38,457 bases of DNA from Frankiaceae bacterium (GTDB lineage: Bacteria; Actinomycetota; Actinomycetes; JAFAQI01). Location of the stretch: positions 1-38,457 of the forward strand of contig JAVEEH010000146.1 in NCBI GenBank assembly GCA_030840545.1, written 5' to 3'. Numbering within the stretch: position 1 is the first letter of the stretch; every line of letters begins with the position of its first letter. The notes beneath the pieces were generated by a model that ran no database searches, was not told where the DNA came from, and saw only the letters and a list, made by a program, of their open reading frames with translations. Positions 9,883-18,096 of the stretch are shown piece after piece. The position numbers and the translations under genes were made by a program.

Positions 9883-11306
9883 CCCTCGACGTCGCGGGTC
9901 GCCGCGTCGTCGTCGCGGGTGTCGCTGTGTCCGGTATCGCGAGCGCCGAGGTGCTGCTCGACCTCGGCGCGCACGTCGTCGTCGTCGACGGTCGAACCGG
10001 GCCGGGCGAGCAGGACGCCGCCGAGCGGCTGCGCGCCCGCGGGGCCGAGGTCCGGCTCGGCGACGCCGAGACACCCATCGACGCCGACCTCGTCGTCACC
10101 TCCCCGGGATGGCGGCCCGACCAGCCGTTGCTCGTCGCCGCGCTCGCGGCCGGGACGGAGGTGATCGGCGAGCCGGAGCTCGCCGTTCGACTGATGCGGG
10201 CGACCTGGACGCTCGACGACCTGACCGCCGTTCCCTGGCTCGGCGTCACCGGGACCAACGGCAAGACCACGACCGTCGGCATGCTCGAGTCGATCCTGCG
10301 CGCGGCCGGTCTGCGTGCCGTCGCGTGCGGCAACGTGGGGTTGCCGCTCATCACCGCCGTGCTGCATCGCCCGCGCTACGACGCACTCGCAGTGGAGCTG
10401 TCGTCGTTCCAGCTGCACTGGTCGTCGTCGCTGCAGTTCCACGCGTCGACCGTCCTCAACGTCGCCCCCGACCATCTCGACTGGCACGGCTCGCTGGCGG
10501 CCTATGCCGCGGACAAGGCGAAGATCTGGGACGAGGGTGCCTGCGCGCTGTTCAACGCCGACGATCCGGGCTCGACCGAGCTGTCGAAGGGTCGCTACGA
10601 CCGGCATGACTTCGGTCTCGGCGGCGACGCGCAGTTCCGGCTCGAGGACGGCTGGCTCGTGCAGAACGTGATCAGCCACCAGCCGAGCGATCACCGGCTC
10701 GCACCGGCCGATGCGGTGACGATGCCCGGGGCACACAACACGTCCAACGCACTTGCCGCGTCGGCGCTGGCCTGGTTGCTCAACCTGCGACCGAACGGTC
10801 CGTCGATGACCCCCGACGCCGTGACCGCGGGCCTGCGCGGCTACCACCCCGGACGGCACCGCAACGAGATCGTCGCCGTCGCTGACGGCGTGACTTACGT
10901 CGACGACTCCAAGGCCACCAACCCGCACGCCGCGGCAGCGAGCCTGGCGGCGTACGAGTCGATCGTCTGGGTCGCCGGCGGGTTGTTCAAGGGCGCAGAC
11001 GTCGCGCCGCTGGTCGCCGCCCACGCCGGGCGGCTGCGTGGCGTGGTGGTGATCGGCACCGATCGGCGGCCATTGCTGGAGGCGATCGCGCGACACGCGC
11101 CGGATGTGCCGGTCGTGGAGGTGAGCGCTCGCGACACTGGCAGCGTGATGGACGCGGCGGTTGCCGCGGCGGCGCAGCTCGCCGTCGCGGGAGACACCGT
11201 GCTGCTCGCGCCCGCCGCGGCGAGCATGGACCAGTTCCGTGACTACGCCGAGCGCGGTGAGCGTTTCGCGGCCGCCGCCCGCACCCAGACCGCAGGGACG
11301 CCATGA
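9879..11306 (+). CDS. murD: UDP-MurNAc-L-Ala:D-Glu ligase MurD
   Basis: An N-terminal Rossmann-like segment ([12 protein letters not shown]) and the P-loop [15 protein letters not shown] are present. GTG 9879 overlaps the mraY TGA. Confidence 0.9.
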   Translation: MTLDVAGRRVVVAGVAVSGIASAEVLLDLGAHVVVVDGRTGPGEQDAAERLRARGAEVRLGDAETPIDADLVVTSPGWRPDQPLLVAALAAGTEVIGEPELAVRLMRATWTLDDLTAVPWLGVTGTNGKTTTVGMLESILRAAGLRAVACGNVGLPLITAVLHRPRYDALAVELSSFQLHWSSSLQFHASTVLNVAPDHLDWHGSLAAYAADKAKIWDEGACALFNADDPGSTELSKGRYDRHDFGLGGDAQFRLEDGWLVQNVISHQPSDHRLAPADAVTMPGAHNTSNALAASALAWLLNLRPNGPSMTPDAVTAGLRGYHPGRHRNEIVAVADGVTYVDDSKATNPHAAAASLAAYESIVWVAGGLFKGADVAPLVAAHAGRLRGVVVIGTDRRPLLEAIARHAPDVPVVEVSARDTGSVMDAAVAAAAQLAVAGDTVLLAPAAASMDQFRDYAERGERFAAAARTQTAGTP

Positions 11307-12487
11307 CCGCCACCACCGTGACCGCCCGTGGCACCGCGACCCGATCCCGGCCTCTCGCAGCGCTCGCCCGGCCATCCGCCGCCTATCACCTGGCCCTCGG
11401 CAGCGGCGCGCTGCTCGTGCTGCTCGGCCTGATCATGGTGCTGTCGGCGTCGAGCGTCTCGTCCTACGCGGCGTCCGGCTCGTCGTTCTCCGTGTTCCAG
11501 AAGCAGGCGCAGTGGTTCGCGCTCGGGCTCCCCGGTTTCGTCCTGGGGCTGCGGCTGCCGACCCGGCACACCCGCCGGCTCGGCTATCCGCTGCTGCTGG
11601 TGTCCATCGTCCTGCTCGCCGCCGTGCTGGCGCCGGGGGTGGGCCGCAACGTCTACGGGGCGCGTCGCTGGATCGCCGTCGGTGGCTATCAGCTGCAGCC
11701 GAGCGAGCTCGCGAAGGTCGCACTCGTCCTCGCCGGTGCCGACCTGCTCGCCCGGAAGCACAAGCGGCTGGGGGAGATGCGACACCTGCTCATCCCGCTG
11801 GTGCCGGTGGCGGTGCTGTTGGCACTCCTCGTCATCGCCGAGCCCGACATGGGCACCTCGGTCGTGCTGGTCGTGATCCTGCTGACGCTCCTGGCCGTCG
11901 CCGGGGCGCCCGCTCGAATCTTCGCCGGCACCTTCGGTGGCCTGGCCGCCGGATTCGGCCTGCTCGCGGCTGTGGAGCCCTATCGGCTGGCGCGACTCAC
12001 GTCGTTCGCCAACCCGTTCAGTGCTGCCAGTGCCGCCGGCTACCAGACCGTCCAAGGCCTCTATGCGATCGCATCGGGGGGTTGGTGGGGGCTCGGACTC
12101 GGCGCCAGCCGGGCGAAATGGGGCTATCTGCCCAACCAGTACACCGACTACATCTTCGCCGTCATCGGAGAAGAGCTCGGGCTGCTCGGCGGTCTGATGG
12201 TCATCGCATTGTTCGCCGTACTCGGCTATTCCGGCTTCCGGATCGCGCAGCAGGCGCGCGAACCGTTCCAGCAGCTCGTGGCTGGTGGCATCACGGCGTG
12301 GATCGTGGGGCAGGCCCTGATCAACATGTGCGCTGTCGTGGGTCTGCTGCCGGTGACGGGCGTGCCGTTGCCGTTCGTGTCCTTCGGTGGGTCGTCACTC
12401 GTCTTCACGATGTTCGCGCTGGGGGTCCTCGGTGCTGTCGGCCGGGAGACGGCGGGGCACCAGCGGCGCCGCCGCGTGAAGCGTTGA
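11303..12487 (+). CDS. ftsW: SEDS-family peptidoglycan polymerase FtsW
   Basis: It is a multi-TM protein with LQPSELAKVALVL and the conserved C-terminal GLLPVTGVPLPFVSFGGSS. ATG 11303 overlaps the murD TGA. It lies between murD and murG. Confidence 0.88.
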   Translation: MTATTVTARGTATRSRPLAALARPSAAYHLALGSGALLVLLGLIMVLSASSVSSYAASGSSFSVFQKQAQWFALGLPGFVLGLRLPTRHTRRLGYPLLLVSIVLLAAVLAPGVGRNVYGARRWIAVGGYQLQPSELAKVALVLAGADLLARKHKRLGEMRHLLIPLVPVAVLLALLVIAEPDMGTSVVLVVILLTLLAVAGAPARIFAGTFGGLAAGFGLLAAVEPYRLARLTSFANPFSAASAAGYQTVQGLYAIASGGWWGLGLGASRAKWGYLPNQYTDYIFAVIGEELGLLGGLMVIALFAVLGYSGFRIAQQAREPFQQLVAGGITAWIVGQALINMCAVVGLLPVTGVPLPFVSFGGSSLVFTMFALGVLGAVGRETAGHQRRRRVKR

Positions 12488-12501
12488 CAGGTCCGACTTC
12501 G

Positions 12502-13614
12502 ATGGCGGCCCGAGTCGTGATCGCGGCTGGTGGCACCGGCGGTCACATCTACCCCGGCCTCGCGCTCGCCGATGCGTTGCGCACCCTTGCGCCCCAAACC
12601 GAGGTCAGCTTCGTCGGGACGACCCGTGGCCTCGAAGGCGACATCATCCCCCGAGCCGGCTATGAGCTCGACGTCGTCGACATGGTGCCGTTCACGGGAG
12701 CCAACCGCGTCGTGCTGCCGGTGGCGCTGCTGCGGGCCGGTGCGCAGTCCCGGCGCGTGCTTCGCCGCCGCGCAGCCCACGTCGCGGTCGGCATGGGCGG
12801 CTATGCGAGCGCGCCGCTGCTCCTCGGTGCCCGCCTCAGCCGATTGCCGTCACTCATCCACGAGTCGGGAGCGATTCCCGGCAAGGCCAACCTGCTCGCG
12901 GCGCGGCTGACCGACAACATCGCCACCTCCTTCCACAGCGCCGTAGCCGCGTTCCCGCCGGGCAAGATCGTGCGGGTGACCGGCATGCCGCTGGCGGCGG
13001 AGTTCTCGACGTTCAACCGCGACCGCCTGCGCCCTGACGCACGACGCGCCCTAGGACTGCCCGACGACGCCTGCGTCCTGTTCGTCATGGGGGGCAGCCA
13101 AGGCGCGACCCGCCTGACCACGGCCGCGGTCGAGCTCGGCGGGCGATGGCGGGACCGCGACGACATCCACATCCTGCTCAAGCTGGGTGCGCGGGCCGGC
13201 AGCGAGATCGACGACCGGGTGGCCGCCCTCGGCGCTGACAAGGTGGTGCACCGCGTCGCTTATCTTGACCGGATGGACACGGCCTACGCCGCGGCCGATG
13301 TCGCGCTGTGCCGGGCGGGGGCGGGCACTGTGGCCGAGCTCGCCGTCACCGGGCTCCCGGCAGTCCTGGTGCCTTACCCGTTCGCGACCGGCGACCATCA
13401 GCGCGAGAACGCAGGTGAGCTGGTCGCCGCGGGTGCTGCCGTCGTCGTCGCCGACGGCGATGCCACCGCCGAGACGATCGGACCTCTGGTCGAGGCTCTC
13501 GTGGCCGACCGGGCCGAGCTGGCGCGGAGGTCGGCTGCGGCGCGTTCGGTCGGGCGCCCGGACGCGGCTCAGCAGCTGGCCCGCTGGGTGCTCGAGCTGG
13601 CGGGCTCGCAGTGA
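12502..13614 (+). CDS. murG: Lipid II synthase MurG (UDP-GlcNAc transferase, GT28)
   Basis: MAARVVIAAGGTGGHIYPGLALADAL contains the GGTGGH loop, and the C-terminal sequence ...PYPFATGDHQRENA is present. It is the 3' part of the fused track ORF 11161..13614. Confidence 0.92.
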   Translation: MAARVVIAAGGTGGHIYPGLALADALRTLAPQTEVSFVGTTRGLEGDIIPRAGYELDVVDMVPFTGANRVVLPVALLRAGAQSRRVLRRRAAHVAVGMGGYASAPLLLGARLSRLPSLIHESGAIPGKANLLAARLTDNIATSFHSAVAAFPPGKIVRVTGMPLAAEFSTFNRDRLRPDARRALGLPDDACVLFVMGGSQGATRLTTAAVELGGRWRDRDDIHILLKLGARAGSEIDDRVAALGADKVVHRVAYLDRMDTAYAAADVALCRAGAGTVAELAVTGLPAVLVPYPFATGDHQRENAGELVAAGAAVVVADGDATAETIGPLVEALVADRAELARRSAAARSVGRPDAAQQLARWVLELAGSQ

Positions 13615-14663
13615 CCGAGGTGATCGCCGCAACCGTGCGGACCCATCAGACTCTGCAGGCGGCGTTCACGGCGGCCGCCGGCTCCGGTGAACGCGTCGCC
13701 GTCGTCGTCGACGGAGACGGCCGCGTCCTCGCCGCAGTGACCGACGGTGACATTCGCCGGGCCGTGCTGCGCGGGGTCGCGCTCGATGCGCCCGTCGGGG
13801 GGATCGTCTCCGCCGCGCCCATGCTCGTGGCCGCCGACGAGCCCGACGAGTCCGTGCGTCAGCGGCTCCTGGCCAACGGGCTGCCGGCGCTGGCCGCGGT
13901 CGACGAGACAGGCCGGTTGGTGGGTCTGCGGCGGCTCGCCGACCTGGCCCCGGACGCCGTCCCGGCGCCGGTGGGGGTGCTGATGGTCGGCGGTCGCGGT
14001 GAACGGCTGCGGCCACTCACCGACAAGGTGCCCAAACCGCTGCTCCGGATGGGTGGCGCCACGATCGTGGAGCGGCTCATCGCCTCGTTCGTGCGGGCCG
14101 GGGTCGACGAGGTCTATCTCACGCTCAACTACATGGCGGAGCAGTTCGAGGACCGGCTCGGCGACGGTTCGTCGGCCGGTGTCCGCATCAACTACGTCCG
14201 CGAGAGCCAGGCGATGGACACGGCCGGATCGCTCTCGCTGCTGCCGCCGCAGACGCGCCCGCTGCTGGTGAGCAACGGCGACCTGGTCACCACGATCGAC
14301 TTCGCCGCCATGGTCGACTTCCACCGTTTCCACAAAGCCGCTGTGACGGTCGCCGGCGTCGAATACGCCGCGACGGTGCCTTACGGCGTCCTTCGTACGG
14401 CTGACCACCATCTGCTGCACATCGACGAGAAACCCACCACGCGCCAGCTGGTGAGCGGTGGCATGTATGTGCTCGCACCCGAGGTCCTGCGCTATGTGCC
14501 GCGGGACCGGCCGTTCGGGATGCCGGACCTCATCGACGCCGTCCTGCGCGACGGGCTGAGCGTCACGGTGTTCCCGGTGTTCGAACGCTGGTCGGACATC
14601 GGCAGCAAGGAAGAGTTCGAGCGGGTCCTGTTCGAGTTCGCCGTGGAAGAAGAGGAGACATAA
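13611..14663 (+). CDS. CBS-pair domain fused to a sugar-1-phosphate nucleotidyltransferase
   Basis: There are two CBS-like repeats (VAVVVDGDGRVLAAVTDGDIRRAVL and LPALAAVDETGRLVGLRRLADL). They are followed by the NTP_transferase signature LMVGGRGERLRPLTDKVPKPLL. GTG 13611 overlaps the murG TGA. GC3-rich codon usage matches the neighbouring genes. Confidence 0.8.
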   Translation: MTEVIAATVRTHQTLQAAFTAAAGSGERVAVVVDGDGRVLAAVTDGDIRRAVLRGVALDAPVGGIVSAAPMLVAADEPDESVRQRLLANGLPALAAVDETGRLVGLRRLADLAPDAVPAPVGVLMVGGRGERLRPLTDKVPKPLLRMGGATIVERLIASFVRAGVDEVYLTLNYMAEQFEDRLGDGSSAGVRINYVRESQAMDTAGSLSLLPPQTRPLLVSNGDLVTTIDFAAMVDFHRFHKAAVTVAGVEYAATVPYGVLRTADHHLLHIDEKPTTRQLVSGGMYVLAPEVLRYVPRDRPFGMPDLIDAVLRDGLSVTVFPVFERWSDIGSKEEFERVLFEFAVEEEET

Positions 14664-15653
14664 GTGATGTCGTCGTCGTGGGCCGGTCGCAAGGTCCTCG
14701 TCACCGGCGGTGAGGGGGTCATCGGCAGCCCGCTGGTGGACGAGCTGCTCGCCCTCGGCGCGGAGGTCCGTGCCTATGTCCACTACAAGCCCTACGGCTC
14801 GGCCGGATATCTCGCCGGCCGTGAGGACGAAGTCGAGATCGTCGCCGGTGACGTGCGCGACGCAGAGCGGGTCAGCGAGCAGGTCAAGGGCTGCGACACG
14901 GTCTTTCACCTGGCGGCCCTGATCGGCATCCCCTACAGCTATGTCGCGCCCGAGAGCTACATCCAGACCAACGTCATCGGCACCTACAACGTCGTGAATG
15001 CCTGCCGACACCACGGCGTACGACGGATGGTGCACACGTCGACGAGTGAGACCTACGGCACCGCGATCACCGTGCCGATCAGCGAGGACCACCCGCTCCA
15101 GCCTCAGTCGCCCTACTCGGCGTCGAAGATCGGCGCCGACATGATGGCGCTGTCGTTCCACCACTCCTTCGAGACACCGGTCGCGGTCATCCGGCCGTTC
15201 AACACCTACGGCCCGCGCCAGTCCGCCCGCGCGGTGATCCCGACGATCCTGAGCCAGCTGCACGCAGGTGCGGCGCAGATCCGCCTCGGCTCCACGACGC
15301 CGACCCGGGACTTCAACTACTCCGAGGACACCGCCCGGGGGTTCATCGCGGTGGCCGAGTCGGACCGCGCGCTCGGCCACGTCGTCAACGTGGGCTCGGG
15401 CCGGGAGATCTCGATCGGCGACCTGGCTGAGCTGCTGATCAAGGTCAGCGGCGCCGCCGCGGACGTCGTGGTCGACGAGTCGCGGGTGCGGCCCGGCGGG
15501 TCCGAGGTCGAGCGCCTGCTCTGCGACAACAGCCGGGCGCGCGAGTGGTGCGGCTGGGAGCCGCAGGTGCCGCTCGAGGAGGGCCTGCGCCGGACCTCCG
15601 ACTGGGTGCGCGACAACCTCGACCGGCTCGAAGCCAAGAGCTACCAGATCTAG
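14664..15653 (+). CDS. Extended SDR, NDP-sugar 4,6-dehydratase/epimerase family
   Basis: The Rossmann motif is VLVTGGEGVIGS. Catalytic motifs are HTSTSETYG and SPYSASKIGAD (YxxxK), and RPFNTYGPRQ is present. The start is GTG 14664 or ATG 14667, directly after the TAA of the upstream gene (TAAGTGATG). GGAG lies 6-9 nt upstream. Confidence 0.8.
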   Translation: MMSSSWAGRKVLVTGGEGVIGSPLVDELLALGAEVRAYVHYKPYGSAGYLAGREDEVEIVAGDVRDAERVSEQVKGCDTVFHLAALIGIPYSYVAPESYIQTNVIGTYNVVNACRHHGVRRMVHTSTSETYGTAITVPISEDHPLQPQSPYSASKIGADMMALSFHHSFETPVAVIRPFNTYGPRQSARAVIPTILSQLHAGAAQIRLGSTTPTRDFNYSEDTARGFIAVAESDRALGHVVNVGSGREISIGDLAELLIKVSGAAADVVVDESRVRPGGSEVERLLCDNSRAREWCGWEPQVPLEEGLRRTSDWVRDNLDRLEAKSYQI

Positions 15654-15658
15654 CGGCG

Positions 15659-17101
15659 ATGGGGGGAGCGGTGCCGGAGCCGGAGATGCCCGTCCCCGTC
15701 GCCGACGACATCGGCCGGGTGCACTTCGTCGGCATCGGGGGGGCCGGCATGAGCGGCATCGCCCGCATCATGCTCGCTCGCGGCATCGCGGTGTCGGGTT
15801 GTGACACCCGCGACTCGCGGGCACTCGCCGCCCTGCGCGCCCGTGGCGCCGACGTCGAGGTCGGTCATGACGCATGGCACGCGGCCGACATCGACACGCT
15901 CGTCGTCTCGAGCGCGATCCGTCCTGACAACCCGGACGTCGTCGAGGCCGTTCGGCTCGGCCGGCGGGTCCTGCCGCGGGCGGCCGCCCTTGCGTCCGTC
16001 ATGGCCGGGCTACGCGGGGTCGCGGTCGCCGGTACGCACGGCAAGACGACGACGACTTCGATGCTCACGGTGGCGATGCAGGCCTGCGGCCGCGACCCGA
16101 GCTATGCCATCGGGGGAGATCTCAACGAGCCCGGTTCCAACGCGCACAACGGAACGGGGGAGTTCTTCGTCGCCGAAGCCGACGAAAGCGACCGGTCGTT
16201 CCTGTTGCTGTCACCCGAGGCCGCTGTCGTCACCAACGTCGAAGCGGACCATCTGGACAACTACGGCGACGCCGAGGCGGTTCACGACGCGTTCCGGCAG
16301 TTCATCGGTCGGCTTCGCCCGGACGGCTGCCTCGCCCTGGGCGCTGACGATGCCGGGTCGCTGGCGCTGGCCGGGCCGGCCGCGGCACGTGGCCTGCGGG
16401 TGACGACGTTCGGGATGTCCCCGGCCGCCGATGTGCGCGTGCAGGGGTTGGCCGTCGAGGCGGGTGGTTCGCGGTTCGAGATCATCGCCGGCGGCCGCCG
16501 GCTGGGTGAGGTCGCGCTCCAGGTCCCCGGCAGCTACAACGCGGTCAACGCGGCCGGCGCGCTCGCCGTCGGGCTTCAGCTCGGCCTGCCCTTCACCGAC
16601 ATGGTGCGCGGGCTCGCCGACTTCACCGGTGCCCGGAGACGCTTCGAGCTGCGAGGCATCGCCCGCGGTGTACGCGTCTACGACGACTACGCGCATCACC
16701 CGACGGAGCTGCGGGCGCTGTTGACGGCCGCTCGCGACGTTGCCGGCGGCGGCCGGATCGTCACGGTCTTCCAGCCCCACCTCTACAGCCGCACCCGGCT
16801 GTTCGCGGACCAGTTCGCCGCAGCGCTGGCGCTCTCCGACGTCGCGGTCGTCATGGAGGTCTACGCCGCTCGGGAGGATCCGGTGCCCGGCGTCACCGGA
16901 GCGTTGATCGCCGATGCCGTCCCGCTCGGGGCGGGCCGGGTCATCTTCGAACCGTCCTGGTCGGCGGTGCCGGCCGCGGTGGCCGCACTCGTCCGGCCCG
17001 GGGACGTCGTCCTCACCGTCGGCGCCGGGGACGTGACCATGCTCGGCCCGGAGATCCTGACCGCGGTCGACGCCGCCGCAGCCGCGGGGTCCGGGCCGTG
17101 A
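15659..17101 (+). CDS. murC: UDP-MurNAc:L-Ala ligase MurC
   Basis: VHFVGIGGAGMSGIARIML and GTHGKTTTTSML are present. ATG 15659 lies 5 nt after the SDR stop. ATG 15686 is an equally plausible start. The 5' part of the track ORF overlaps the SDR gene. Confidence 0.9.
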   Translation: MGGAVPEPEMPVPVADDIGRVHFVGIGGAGMSGIARIMLARGIAVSGCDTRDSRALAALRARGADVEVGHDAWHAADIDTLVVSSAIRPDNPDVVEAVRLGRRVLPRAAALASVMAGLRGVAVAGTHGKTTTTSMLTVAMQACGRDPSYAIGGDLNEPGSNAHNGTGEFFVAEADESDRSFLLLSPEAAVVTNVEADHLDNYGDAEAVHDAFRQFIGRLRPDGCLALGADDAGSLALAGPAAARGLRVTTFGMSPAADVRVQGLAVEAGGSRFEIIAGGRRLGEVALQVPGSYNAVNAAGALAVGLQLGLPFTDMVRGLADFTGARRRFELRGIARGVRVYDDYAHHPTELRALLTAARDVAGGGRIVTVFQPHLYSRTRLFADQFAAALALSDVAVVMEVYAAREDPVPGVTGALIADAVPLGAGRVIFEPSWSAVPAAVAALVRPGDVVLTVGAGDVTMLGPEILTAVDAAAAAGSGP

Positions 17102-17811
17102 GCGTGCACAGCTTGCGCTCGCGCCGCTCGCCGGGGCGACGCCGCCGGTTCCGGCCGCTGATCGTCGTCGCGGCTCTGGTCGGGACCGTGGTCGGGCTCG
17201 GCTGGGTGGCCCTGCACTCGTCGCTGTTCGCGGTTCGCACTGTCACCGTCGAGGGCACGTCGAGACTCTCGGCAGGCCAGGTGCTCGCGGTCGCCCGGGT
17301 CGTGCGCGGTGGTTCGCTCTTCGGTCTGGACCCGACCGCGGTGGAGCGGCGGGTCGCCCGCCTCCCGGCCGTTGCGCACGTCGAGGTGCGTCGACGGTGG
17401 CCGCACGGGGTGAACATCCGGGTTGTCGAGCGGACAGCGGTCGGTGCCGTCGCGTCGGCCGGCGAGTTCGTGCTGCTCGACGCCACCGGCGTCGCGTTCG
17501 ACCACGCGCAGGTCGCCCCGCCGGGCCTTGTCACCGTGCAGCTCGGCGCTGCCGTGCCGGGTCCGGGAGACAGCGATGCGCGCGCGGCGATGCAGGTGCT
17601 CGGGTCGCTGCCCCTCGGAGTGCGTCACCGCGTGCTGGCCGTCCACGCGCCGTCACCGCTCGAGGTCAGTCTCGACCTGCGCGACGGCCGCAGCGTGCTG
17701 TGGGGGAGCGCGGCGCAGAGCGCGACCAAGGCTGCTGTCCTGCAGACGTTGCTGCACCGTCGGGCCCAGGTCTACGACGTGAGTACGCCGTCCATCGTCG
17801 TCACTCGGTGA
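17098..17811 (+). CDS. ftsQ: Cell division protein FtsQ (TM + POTRA)
   Basis: It has an Arg-rich N-terminus, one TM helix (LIVVAALVGTVVGLGWVAL) and a POTRA-like VRTVTVEGTSRLSAGQVLAVA. GTG 17098 overlaps the murC TGA. It lies immediately upstream of ftsZ. Confidence 0.8.
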   Translation: MSVHSLRSRRSPGRRRRFRPLIVVAALVGTVVGLGWVALHSSLFAVRTVTVEGTSRLSAGQVLAVARVVRGGSLFGLDPTAVERRVARLPAVAHVEVRRRWPHGVNIRVVERTAVGAVASAGEFVLLDATGVAFDHAQVAPPGLVTVQLGAAVPGPGDSDARAAMQVLGSLPLGVRHRVLAVHAPSPLEVSLDLRDGRSVLWGSAAQSATKAAVLQTLLHRRAQVYDVSTPSIVVTR

Positions 17812-17838
17812 CCGGGCAAAAAAAAGTTTCGGTCGTCA

Positions 17839-17874
17839 CGCGCGCGGATCGGCCAGGTCGCTTGACCGCGCGCG
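17839..17874 (+). other. Perfect 9-bp GC inverted repeat (CGCGCGCGG N18 CCGCGCGCG) in the ftsQ-ftsZ spacer
   Basis: The arms are at 17839..17847 and 17866..17874. No U-tract follows. It could be an attenuator, RNA processing site or protein binding site. Confidence 0.35.
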
Positions 17875-18096
17875 GCCGACGGCCCTACTGTCCGGCCCAG
17901 CCCTCAAGTTGACATAACTATAACGGTCTACTTGAGAGTGAGGGTCGAAACCAGGCCCGGGTCGCAGTCCGGCCCACAGCCGCGACGATCGGTGGCGTCT
18001 TCCCCGAGCCACCGGCGCCGCGGATCTTCCCCACTGTCCCGCCGCCCGTGCGTGCCCGCGCGCCCGCGGCCCGTATTCCGACGAAGGGCAACGCTC

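Noticed and set aside
13569-15380. 603-aa minus-strand ORF covering the inserted region, considered as an alternative reading of the murG-murC insert
   Set aside because: The plus-strand frames carry complete CBS, nucleotidyltransferase and SDR motifs and operon-style start/stop junctions. The minus-strand product has no motifs and an Arg/Gly/Asp/Val-rich, low-complexity composition.
13611-15653. Recent horizontal transfer or mobile-element origin of the murG-murC insert
   Set aside because: I found no transposase, integrase, tRNA, inverted or direct flanking repeats. By eye, third-position GC and codon choice are indistinguishable from the flanking dcw genes. The 4-nt overlap junctions argue for old integration. 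A quantitative composition test was not run.
17806-17840. A8 tract plus flanking GACCG/CGGTC as an intrinsic terminator of ftsQ
   Set aside because: The stem is only 5 bp with a 15-nt loop. The A-run lies in the loop rather than forming a 3' U-tract on the + strand. I kept it only as part of the spacer observation.
17932-18096. 55-codon in-frame N-terminal extension of ftsZ from TTG 17932
   Set aside because: It uses many codons that are rare in this genome (aga, agg, cga, tct, gta, gga). It begins in the AT-rich promoter-like island. GTG 18097 gives the canonical (M)[13 protein letters not shown]-terminus with a well-spaced SD.
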